From Paraphysomonas bandaiensis (taxonomy: Eukaryota; Protista; Chrysophyceae), in NCBI GenBank assembly GCA_965644295.1, contig CBFFRP010000599.1, positions 1-51,205 on the forward strand: 51,205 bases of DNA. The letters are read 5' to 3'. Within the stretch, counting starts at the first letter, position 1, and every line of letters starts with the position of its first letter. The notes beneath the pieces were generated by a model. That model searched no databases. It worked only from the letters and a program-made list of their open reading frames with translations, and was not told the origin of the DNA. Shown one piece after another: positions 1 to 10,200 of the stretch. The position numbers and the translations under genes are program-made.

Positions 1-1
1 A

Positions 2-3000
2 AAACAGTATCAGTTCAAAGGGGATTTCCTAATTATTGACATGAAACATAATGATGTCATACTTGGATTGCCGGCACTTACTGGTACTTTATATCCCTTT
101 ATGTGTGAATTGATGAGGCATGCTTTTGAACAAACATCTTATGAGATAGAAAGCGATACCAAGAAGATTTCGAGTCATGATTTGTCTGGTTTAGAGCATG
201 GACAAATAGTGGAACCATGGTCTAAAGCGAGTACTCAAATTGCACCGGAGGAAGAGGATTCCGAATTGCCGGTTCAATTTAAAGAAGCTTTGGTATTCTT
301 AGGAAAGACTAGAGCGGAAGCTTTAAAAGACTATGAGCAGTTGTTGGAGACCCATGTTAGTAGTGAGATGAAGGAACAAACAAATGTGATGCATCTCTTA
401 CGAACTAAAGCGGTTAAAGTCTTTGTACCAGATGAGTGGTCTGGTGTAAAGGGCGTTGAACCTTTAAAAATTAAGTGGAAAGATACACTTCCGGATCGGA
501 TCAAACCCAAGGCGAGGCCTATTAATCCGAAGCTATGGGAAGCTTCAGAGAAAGAATTTCGTCGTCTGTGTGGGTATTTTTACCGGAAGAGTAGATCGCC
601 ATGGGCTTCTTGTCTTGTAGTAGCGCCCAAGGCTACACCTCCTTATATTCGATTTTGTGGGGATTACGTTAAGATCAATGATCATATGCATGTGGGAAAC
701 TACACTATTCCCAATGTCAAACATGAACTTGACAAGATCATTAATTTTCCATATTATTTGGATATAGATCTTACAAATGCGTTTCATCAAATACCTTTAG
801 ATGAGGAAACTTCCGAAAAATTGTCCATTCAAACGCCATGGGGACAGTTTGCACCTAATTTCATGCCAGAGGGTATAGCGCCTGCTACTGGTGTTCTGCA
901 AGAGGTTGTTCGGGAGATATTTGCCGATTTTTCAGACTGGGCTATCGTTATCTTTGATAATATGCTAATACTAGCCAAAGATCCCCAGGATGCTTATGAA
1001 AAGTTGGAACGAGTTATTGACAGATGTCTGGAGAGAAACATCAAATTGAAAATGGCTAAGAGCTGGCTTGGTTTTAAGAAAGTTAATTTTTTCGGATATG
1101 TATGCAAACACAAATCGTATGAAGTGTGTCCGGATAAAAAGGAAGCGTTGGCAAACATACCTATGCCAACATCGACTAAACAAGCTAGATCTCTGCTAGG
1201 CAAGGGAGTTTTCTTTTCCAGCTTCACGCCAAAGTATTCTGACTTAGTAGGTCATTTAACGGACCTCACTAAGAAATCTTTCAATTGGAATAAATCTACT
1301 TGGCGTCATGATTATGAAGCTGAGTACAAACGTTTCATAAAAGGTTTACAAGATGCTTGTGAGCTCTTCTACCCTGATTATGAGTTAGAGTGGATTTTAC
1401 GGACTGATGCAAGTGAGCTAGGTATAGGTTCTGTACTACTTCAACGGAAGATATTGCCGTCAGGAGAAGCTCAATTGCAACCTATTGCCTTTATCTCCAA
1501 AAAGTTTTCAGAGCAAGCAATGAAATGGGCTACTATAGAGCAGGAGGGCTATGGTATCTATTACTCGGTTAAACAGCTAGCGTATTACTTAGTTGGAAAG
1601 CAGTTTACAATAGAAACAGACCATAACAATTTGCTCTGGATGGAAGCGTCTGAGGTACCAAAAATTGTTAGATGGAGAATATTCTTGCAATCATTCAATT
1701 TTAAAATCCGACATATTTCGGGAGCACAGAATTGGTTAGCAGACTGGTTATCCAGGGAACACCAACTGGCTTATCTGTCGGGCATGTTCTTGGATGATTC
1801 TATGTGGGATGATGCCTATTTTCTGGGAGAGGACTGTCAGGATTCTGAGTATTTCTCATTCCTAGGAAATTTTATGGACCCGTCGGATCTCAGTGACCAA
1901 GAACAACCTTCCATGAATATATCTCGTGAGGAATGCTTGCGTGAGGTACACAACTCTCGCGTGGGTCATCTTGGAGGGAAAGCTACTTGGATTCGTCTCA
2001 ATAAACGTTTTCCAGGGCATGGAATACCATACCAGGTGGTAGCAGAATATATATCCAACTGTCCAACTTGCGTGAAAACCCGGTTAGCCATGAAGGAAGC
2101 ACTTATTCCCATAGTGCGCAACCTAAAACCACCGGGGGCTCGCAGTGCTATTGGAATTGATGCAGTGGAGATTACGCCACATGGCAAGGACGGTTACACT
2201 CATATCAATGTGATAGTGAACCTGCACACAAAGCTCGTTTTTCTGGAACCAGTAAAAGGAGTAACGGCTTTGAATTTAGCGAATACTGTGTGGAAATATT
2301 GGTCCTATTACGGTCACACGGACGTCGTGATTTCGGACCAGGGTCCGGATTTAACTTCGGATCTATTCCAACAGCTAACGGAGTACATGGGAATGCGCCA
2401 TACGTTCAGTATAGCCAACCGACATGCGAATGGCTCAGAACGTATCATAGGTGAGGTAGTACGTCACCTACGAGCTCTAGTATATGATGCTAGCGAGCGT
2501 CAAGAGCGCAAAGATGTTTTTGAAGATCCTAGCTGGATCGCCAGTGTCCAACACATTCTTAACTCTGAAGTGTCATCTGAGACGGGATTCTCACCATTTG
2601 AGTTGACTTTTGGATCGGAAGACAAGCGTTATTTTAACGTGGACACCGACTCTGTTTCCCAGGATGCGCATGCACGACTTAAACGTTTTAATGATAACCT
2701 TCGTGAGCTCAGGGCAGCTTCGCATGCTTATCAACAGCGTCTTGTGCAAGAGCGCGCTAGCCAAGGTATACCGGCCGACAAGCAGAACAGATATCAGCCG
2801 GGAGATCTTGTTTTGTTCGACAAGGGTGCTAAAGTCCATCCTAAGATGTCTCACCGCTATATGGGTCCTTTCAAAGTCATATCTCAATACAAGAATGACA
2901 TTGATTGCAGACATTTGGTGACAGGACAAGTTGTGAAAGTCGATGTGCGTGAGGTTAAACTTTTTGCGGGTGATCAAGACACAGCGTATAACATGGCTTG

Positions 3001-3502
3001 CAGAGACCATGAACAGCATGTGATTGACACGATTCTATACTACAGAGGTGATAGAGACACCAGAACCTCTCTAGTTTTCACTGTGAAATTTCAGGATGGT
3101 GATGTTCGCGATATTCCATTCAGTAAGGATATTTTTGACTCTATTCCATATGCCGATTTCTGTTCTAGGAAAAGATATTTGTATCATCTTATTTATCCGG
3201 TTAAAGAGGCAAAGGAATATATTGCAAAAATCCGTAAGCAGCCCATTACTAGTTTTCAACCAGGTGATGAGGCTTATGTTGACTTAAGAGTTTTCGGGGA
3301 CTTGTGGTATGAAAGCCTGGAGTTACCGGATTCACATTTAATTACTTATGTTGCACGTTTTGTCTTCACACATTGGTATCATAAAAGTTCCAAACGGATA
3401 CTCTCAACTAAAAATGTGATGACTAAACAAACTTTCCGACTTGATAATTACCATATCCATTGTTTCGCCCATAAAGAATTTGATTCTTCTACAATGGTGT
3501 GA
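2..3502 (+). CDS. pol: Gypsy Pol polyprotein of the outer element (protease end, RT, RNase H, integrase, chromodomain-like tail); 5'-partial, last 17 codons displaced by the nested insertion
   Basis: RT motifs IDLTNAFHQI, MPEG, IFDN; RNase H TDAS, EQE, TDH, ADWLSR; integrase HHCC (VHNSRVGH...CPTC), D,D,E and GPF motif. Frame is open back to base 2 (KQYQFKGDFLIIDM aligns with inner HTYQYTGEFLVIDM). Confidence 0.95.
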   Translation, partial: KQYQFKGDFLIIDMKHNDVILGLPALTGTLYPFMCELMRHAFEQTSYEIESDTKKISSHDLSGLEHGQIVEPWSKASTQIAPEEEDSELPVQFKEALVFLGKTRAEALKDYEQLLETHVSSEMKEQTNVMHLLRTKAVKVFVPDEWSGVKGVEPLKIKWKDTLPDRIKPKARPINPKLWEASEKEFRRLCGYFYRKSRSPWASCLVVAPKATPPYIRFCGDYVKINDHMHVGNYTIPNVKHELDKIINFPYYLDIDLTNAFHQIPLDEETSEKLSIQTPWGQFAPNFMPEGIAPATGVLQEVVREIFADFSDWAIVIFDNMLILAKDPQDAYEKLERVIDRCLERNIKLKMAKSWLGFKKVNFFGYVCKHKSYEVCPDKKEALANIPMPTSTKQARSLLGKGVFFSSFTPKYSDLVGHLTDLTKKSFNWNKSTWRHDYEAEYKRFIKGLQDACELFYPDYELEWILRTDASELGIGSVLLQRKILPSGEAQLQPIAFISKKFSEQAMKWATIEQEGYGIYYSVKQLAYYLVGKQFTIETDHNNLLWMEASEVPKIVRWRIFLQSFNFKIRHISGAQNWLADWLSREHQLAYLSGMFLDDSMWDDAYFLGEDCQDSEYFSFLGNFMDPSDLSDQEQPSMNISREECLREVHNSRVGHLGGKATWIRLNKRFPGHGIPYQVVAEYISNCPTCVKTRLAMKEALIPIVRNLKPPGARSAIGIDAVEITPHGKDGYTHINVIVNLHTKLVFLEPVKGVTALNLANTVWKYWSYYGHTDVVISDQGPDLTSDLFQQLTEYMGMRHTFSIANRHANGSERIIGEVVRHLRALVYDASERQERKDVFEDPSWIASVQHILNSEVSSETGFSPFELTFGSEDKRYFNVDTDSVSQDAHARLKRFNDNLRELRAASHAYQQRLVQERASQGIPADKQNRYQPGDLVLFDKGAKVHPKMSHRYMGPFKVISQYKNDIDCRHLVTGQVVKVDVREVKLFAGDQDTAYNMACRDHEQHVIDTILYYRGDRDTRTSLVFTVKFQDGDVRDIPFSKDIFDSIPYADFCSRKRYLYHLIYPVKEAKEYIAKIRKQPITSFQPGDEAYVDLRVFGDLWYESLELPDSHLITYVARFVFTHWYHKSSKRILSTKNVMTKQTFRLDNYHIHCFAHKEFDSSTMV

Positions 3503-4921
3503 CCACGTGGCATCTCGCGTGCCTTACTTACGTGGCTATAGTGTTTTCCTAAGGGGCTACAACAAGACACTAGATAGACTAACTACCAAGAAAACACTCA
3601 GAAATAACAGTCATTATTATTTATCACAGCATTGAAAACAACCATTCACTTACGGCGCAGTTTACTTTTTCGGTGATACCACTCACCGTAGTCAGCGAGC
3701 AGCTCTTCACCTGCCGGTATCGGTCTCAGAGTCTTGACCCAGACCACATCCAACCCAGACTCATCCATGCAGAATTCACAGTTGTAAGTCAGACCCGCAG
3801 CGAGATTCTCATCAAACAAGGTGTTTACGAACCTGCCGTGGTTATAAGGAGTCCTATGATATTTCCTCTCATGGCTGGGAACCGACATGAGATAACCTAC
3901 GTCATACTTCTCATGCTCGGCATCGATGTACACGGAGTCTTGCACACGAAGAATATAAGCACCCCAATTGGGGCACCGGTCATATATTTCTCCGCTATAG
4001 AGACACACTAGGAATCCAGACGCCAGGTCCACTAGAGCAAAGAGTCCTTTCTGCTGGGGACTCAAGCCATCTGGGTTGGCTATGTTGAGCCCCTTCCTAA
4101 CCTCGACGTATGGATTGTCGGTTCCACAACGAGCATAGAAATCCAGAACGGAGGCGCAAACATCAGGGGCTTCATCAAGGGATGCACTGTGCAAATAGGG
4201 GACTACTCTGCAGTGTTTACCACGCACGTCCGAGTGGACATCGGACTGCAAAGTCTCTGGCACGCCTCTTAGCCGCCTCTTCGCGAAAAGCTTGACGCCG
4301 GCGGTCTTCGTACTTCTTCTTGGAAGGCCGAACACGTGATTTGCATTTGCTTGGGTCTGTAATGGGTTCTTTCATTGCAAAATGCTGATTTAGGACAACT
4401 GTTGTTATGTTATGAAAGTGTACGTTAGCTAGTACTTTCCAAGTACCATTGTAGTTATGAGGAATGCAATACGATATACATTATACAGTGTTGTACAACC
4501 GTATTTGATAGAGTCGTTGACATGACTGTATATTGTTATACTGCTTGTATGACACAGCCTGCGTTGTGGTTGTGTGTTGCAACACAGTGTGACATGGATG
4601 ACGTTGTGTGTGTGCAGCTCTACGGTTGTCTTCATACTTTATGTTTCTGTTGTGACTCAGTTTTGTTTATGTTAACCATACTTGGGTACTAGCGACCTGA
4701 CATCACTAGCGGTGGTGTTTGCGTGCTGATTCTTCGCGGGAGTCAGTCACTCGAGTATAGTTGATTGAAACATAAGTTTACCTGTAATAATATCACTTCT
4801 TTGGTCTCATTGTCTTGATTCCTATACAGTGATAGTAGTTAGCGTTATCACGAGCCATAGTCTTGGTTATCAAACCAAACTGTGAGGTGACAGTTGAGTT
4901 GTCAAACGAGGCTGCGTCATA
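3498..4921 (+). repeat. 5' LTR of the inner element (1424 bp)
   Basis: Begins TGTGACCACGTGG, ends GCTGCGTCATA; direct repeat of 11395-12826. Confidence 0.95.
3646..4375 (-). pseudogene. SET-domain gene copy in the 5' LTR, frameshifted by an 8-bp deletion near 4235 relative to the 3' LTR copy
   Basis: SET-coding part translates identically to 11543-12280. ATG at 4375 corresponds to 12280, but CTCCTTGT is missing, so the ATG frame stops early (…RCPLGRAW*). Confidence 0.8.
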
Positions 4922-5427
4922 GTAATTAATTACTTAATTGCTCGTGCAAGATATTTTGCATTTTGTTATTGTATAACTGTAGTCAATAGACAAACATTTC
5001 ACACTGTCTTTTGCACTCATACTACACACCTGTAATTGAATTATATTGTTGATTTTTCACTTAGAATACTGAGCTAGACTTTTCCGTCTCCTCATATTCG
5101 ATACCTAATTATATAGGGCAAAGCCGATTAAAAGTCTCTGTTAGGACATAGTACGCAACGTAGCCTAGCTGCCTGAACCCCGTAAATCAACTGCGAGAAA
5201 GTCCTTGCTATTGTTTACAGTGGTGTTCTGTGCAGTGACAAGCTGTGAACAACATAACTGCTTCTCAAGCATTTGTTGTACTCAGTGGTGTGCTTTTGGA
5301 GTGAGAATATCCAGTATAGTTGGCAAGTCCGCCAGCTACTAGAATTCGAGCTACAAGTGCACAGGTGGTTGCTGAAAGCCCTGCAAGGACCAATAAAAGG
5401 CACAAACCCAGTCACTAAAACTTAATC

Positions 5428-7224
5428 ATGCATACACCTACTGAGGGTGAGCGTGGAAAGCAAGGGAGGAAGACCTTACCCAAGAAGTCTGACGTTCCTC
5501 AGGAAGAGAAAACTCAAACTGACCCAAGAGCTTCAAGCGCGGCCGCAGGAAAGAGTGAAGCCATGGCGGGTGCAAGCTCCAATCAGGAGATTTTAGACAC
5601 ACTCAGGACAATGTCAACCACTTTCACTGACGTTGTCTCAGCGGTTTCAACTTTGAATGATAGGATGCAGAGACTGGAGGAGAAGGTGCATGGATTGGAA
5701 GACACCGACCAAGTCCAATCACAACATTCAAGTAGCCCTGATGCGTCAGCAGGCGCAAAACACAAGCAACCTTCTAAACTGGAGAGAAGGAAGCCCAGGT
5801 ATTCCACAATGGGCGACCTGGCAAACTTTCGACCCAATCCAATGCAGAAAGAGGACGAGGAAGATTGTAAGTCGGAATCCAATGCAGAGAATGCAACTGT
5901 ACCTAAAAATCTGGCCGCGGAACAAATATTCAAGGGCAAGAAGCCAGGAAAACTTTTCAGAGATTTAAAGAAGAGCGCGGAGGTAGCAAATTCCAGAACG
6001 GTTACCATCACGAGGGAAGAGAAGCGTTGCCCGGTGCGCATAGAATCTCTAAAGTTAGGAGTGGTGGCCAAAGCAATTAATGACATTCTAGTATTCCAAG
6101 AGGAGGAGGAAACTGTAGTCCGGATACAGAAAGTTCTGTCCAGGAGTGTTAAGGACCATCTGCGAAATGTTTACAGCATTGCGTATTCAGATTTGGCTGC
6201 AATGGACTTATCAGATTTATTGAGAATCGTTGCTAGGGAGACGCGAGTGTTCAATTGTGTAGGCTTCTACAACGAGCTCAGAGATGCTTTGAAGCACATC
6301 AGAATTATGGAATGGAAACATGTAAACTCAGCTACTTTTGAAACGTTCTACAATCAGCAATTGAAGCTGATTCAAGCATTTAAGACCATATTGTCTATAA
6401 TGTTGGACTCGGACAACAAGAAGTGGTGCCCGAGGGTTGATGATAAAGAATTCGGTTTAATTCGTCTTTTCAAAAACCTGAATGATGGAAGTTATGTGAA
6501 GTTCGTCTTGGGATGCATGTCTTCCAACCGCTTTGATTCTATGAATGAATTTTTTGAAGAGTACTCAGCTATTCTGTTGGATCACTACCAAGTAACTATA
6601 GCTTACAAGCAAATACCTTTTGAGTCGAACATGCAGTTTCAACAAAAGCATGACGACTATATCAAAAGAAAGAGAGAGTTATTCAGCCAGCATAACAATA
6701 GCTCTAACTCTAGGAAGCCACAAACTAACCTACGTTTCTCTAGAGTGTCTCACATTGAAGCTTTTGATGATATAAACGAAGAGTGTGAGGATTATAGTTA
6801 CTGTGAGGATGAGTTACATATGGAGGAGGAAGCTTGGGATGCACCCAGTGAGACTTGGAAAACTGCCTTTCCAGGTTCACAACAGGACAATTCAGTGGAG
6901 TCTACGAAGGATACCACACCAGAAGAATTTAATCCCATGCTAGATGAAAGTCCTGATGTCGTCAAAGAACTGTCTGCGATGCATACCTCATATGAAACTC
7001 AGAACAAGAAGACTGAGAAGTACGGTTGTTTAAGGAAGATAATGTATGGGAAATGTAACAAACCGCAGTGCCCATACAATCATAATTCCAAATGTCTCCA
7101 AGATACTGCTGTCGAAATGAGAGAAAAGATCAACGCTTTCTTTCAAACGAAGGACGACACAGCACATCAGGAGAAACCTCCCGCTATCTTGAGGAGAGAA
7201 CGCTTCGGCGATTCTCGTCCTTGA
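5428..7224 (+). CDS. gag: Gag-like protein (598 aa) with coiled-coil N-terminal region and C-terminal CCCH zinc finger
   Basis: Long ORF between the 5' LTR and pol; C-x8-C-x4-C-x3-H (CLRKIMYGKCNKPQCPYNH). Assignment is mainly positional. Confidence 0.85.
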   Translation: MHTPTEGERGKQGRKTLPKKSDVPQEEKTQTDPRASSAAAGKSEAMAGASSNQEILDTLRTMSTTFTDVVSAVSTLNDRMQRLEEKVHGLEDTDQVQSQHSSSPDASAGAKHKQPSKLERRKPRYSTMGDLANFRPNPMQKEDEEDCKSESNAENATVPKNLAAEQIFKGKKPGKLFRDLKKSAEVANSRTVTITREEKRCPVRIESLKLGVVAKAINDILVFQEEEETVVRIQKVLSRSVKDHLRNVYSIAYSDLAAMDLSDLLRIVARETRVFNCVGFYNELRDALKHIRIMEWKHVNSATFETFYNQQLKLIQAFKTILSIMLDSDNKKWCPRVDDKEFGLIRLFKNLNDGSYVKFVLGCMSSNRFDSMNEFFEEYSAILLDHYQVTIAYKQIPFESNMQFQQKHDDYIKRKRELFSQHNNSSNSRKPQTNLRFSRVSHIEAFDDINEECEDYSYCEDELHMEEEAWDAPSETWKTAFPGSQQDNSVESTKDTTPEEFNPMLDESPDVVKELSAMHTSYETQNKKTEKYGCLRKIMYGKCNKPQCPYNHNSKCLQDTAVEMREKINAFFQTKDDTAHQEKPPAILRRERFGDSRP

Positions 7225-10200
7225 GGTAAGGAGGGATGTGAGGGTGTGGACCTGGATGAGTCTACAGTTAATGTTTGTAATGGAGAGACTGATTGTATGA
7301 AGCTCTCTAAATCTGAACATGAGACTGAAAATTCTTCCAGGGTTCGCACAGACAAGGATGAGGCAAAGCTGTACGCCTGCTATCCTTCCTCTAAAAGTTT
7401 TTCTTCAGCACATACCGTAGGTAGAGTAGTGATAGATAGAAAATTCAAAATGGAGGAATTAGTCAATGTATTGTGTGACACGGGGGCACTTGTGGCAAAC
7501 TATGTCGCAAAAGATTTAATTGAGAAACTTCGTGATAAACTACAGCCAAGCCGTTTCTACAAAGTGAAGCACAGAGTGGTATTAGCTGACAGCAGGACAG
7601 TCCAAGATTTGACTGAAGGAGTTCGACTGAATTTGGTATTGACTGATCCTAAGTCCCACACTTATCAATACACTGGAGAATTCTTGGTCATAGACATGAA
7701 AACCAATGATATTATTTTGGGATTGCCTGCGCTGACTGGAAAGTTATATCCTTTTATGTGTGCGGTTATGCGTGAGGCACATGAGACTCAAATCGAAGAT
7801 GTCTCTAATAGTGAAAATTCGAATGTGTTGTCATCTCTGGTAGGGGACACGGTTGATTCTGATGACCGTGTGCACCCGTGGAGGAAAGCAAGTGAGGATA
7901 CCGCCCCAGAGGATGATGAAACCGAGTTGCCGGTCCAATTTAAAGATGCGTTGACATTCTTAGGAAAGTCTCGAGAGGAAGCTCTCCAAGACTATCATGA
8001 GCAGATTAAAACTCACGTTAGTGAAGAGTTGAAGAGTGAGACTAACATCATGGAATTGTTAACAACTAAAGCGGAAAAAGTGTTCGTGCCAGACGAGTGG
8101 AGCGGTGTGAGAGGTGTGGAGCCTTTGTCTCTGAAATGGAAAAGTACTCTCCCAGAAAGGATGAAACCAAAGGCCCGGCCGATCAATCCTAAGCTGTGGG
8201 AAGCTTCGGAGAAGGAATTTCGACGATTGTGTGGCTATTTCTACAGAAAAAGTCGTTCTCCCTGGGCATCTTGCCTAGTGGTAGCTCCAAAAGCCACTCC
8301 TCCATACATACGTTTTTGTGGTGACTACGTGCAAATTAACAAGCATATGGAGGTAGGGAACTACACTATTCCCAATGTCAAGCATGAGCTTGACAAGATC
8401 ATCAACTTTCCACTGTACATGGACATAGACTTGACAAATGCTTTCCATCAGATTCCGTTGGCAGATGAAACATCAGAGAGGTTGTCTATTCAGACACCAT
8501 GGGGGCAATATGCTCCAAACTTCATGCCAGAAGGCATTGCTCCTGCCACAGGTGTTCTACAAGAGACAGTGCGAGACATATTCAGTGACTTTTCTGAATG
8601 GGCAATTGTTATTTTTGATAATATGCTCATACTTGCACATGATGCTCAGGACGCCTATGAAAAATTTGAAAAGATTATTGACCGATGTATCGAAAGAAAT
8701 GTAAAACTTAAAATGCCAAAGAGCTGGTTGGGATTTAGAAAAGTAGATTTCTTTGGATATGTTTGTCGACATAAGTCCTATGAAGTTAACCCCGAGAAAA
8801 AAGAAGCACTAGGAAAGATTCCGATGCCTACCACGACCAAGCAGGCTAGATCTCTTTTAGGCAAGGGTGTATTTTTCTCCAGCTTTACTCCAAAATACTC
8901 CGATTTGGTGGCTCATTTGACTGACATGACCAAAAAGACTTTTAATTGGGACAAAAGTACTTGGAGGCATGATTATGAAGCTGAATTCCGTCGCTTCATC
9001 AAGGGTCTTCAAGATTCATGTGAGCTGTTTTATCCAGACTATGAGCTGGAATGGACTTTACGAACCGATGCTAGTGAGTTGGGAGTAGGCGCTGTTTTGT
9101 TACAGAAAAAGATATTTCCGAGTGGGGAAACACAATTACAGCCTATAGCTTTCATTTCGAAAAAATTTTCCACTCAGGCTCAGAAATGGGCGACCATTGA
9201 GCAAGAGGCTTATGGTATCTTCTATAGTGTCAAGCAATTAGCTTACTATTTGATTGGAAAGCAGTTCACCATTGAAACGGATCACAATAATCTGCTATGG
9301 ATGGAGGCATCAGAGGTACCGAAGATAACCAGGTGGAGGATTTTCCTACAATCTTTCAACTTTAATATTCGCCACATTTCTGGTGCTAAGAACTGGCTAG
9401 CGGATTGGTTGTCTCGGGAACATCAAGTAGCTGCCTTGTCAGGCATATTTTTAGATGAAGACTTGGATGATGTCTATTTTCTCGGCGATGATTGCACTGA
9501 GGACGAGTTTTTCAATTTCTTGGGAAATTTTATGGAACCTGAGGATCGAGAAATAGCACCTCCATCCGAGACACAAGTTACTCCTGAAGAAGCGTTGCTC
9601 CAAGTACATAACGCCCGAGTAGGACACATGGGAGGTAGAGCTACATGGATACGTTTGAATAAGGAGTTCCCGGGTCATAACATTCCTTATAAGGTTGTTG
9701 AGGATTATATTTCCAAGTGTCCAAATTGTGTGAAAACGAGATTAGCTATGAGAGAGGCTCTCATTCCTATCGTTCGAAATCTCAAGCCGCCAAATGCTAG
9801 GAGCGCTATTGGCATTGATGCAGTAGAGATTACACCGCATGGCGCGGATGGATATACTCATATCAATGTGGTGGTTAACCTTTTCACCAAGTTAGTATAC
9901 CTTGAACCGGTAAAGGGAGTCACGGCCCTTAATCTTGCCAATACGGTTTGGAAATACTGGACTCACTATGGACACACAGATCTCATTATTTCTGATCAAG
10001 GACCGGACTTGACTTCCGATCTATTCAAACAGTTGACCGAATATATGGGTGTCCGGCACACTTTCAGCATCGCTAACCGTCACGCCAACGGTTGTGAGCG
10101 CATTATTGGGGAGGTTGTGCGACACTTGCGTGCTTTGGTCTATGATAACAGTGAGCGTGAAGAACGCAGAGATGCTTTTGAGGATCCCAGCTGGATAGCC

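Noticed and set aside
3646-4335. 229-aa SET ORF starting MFGLPRR in the 5' LTR
   Set aside because: It starts at GTG and its N-terminus is an out-of-frame product of the 8-bp deletion; synonymous changes support the other frame.
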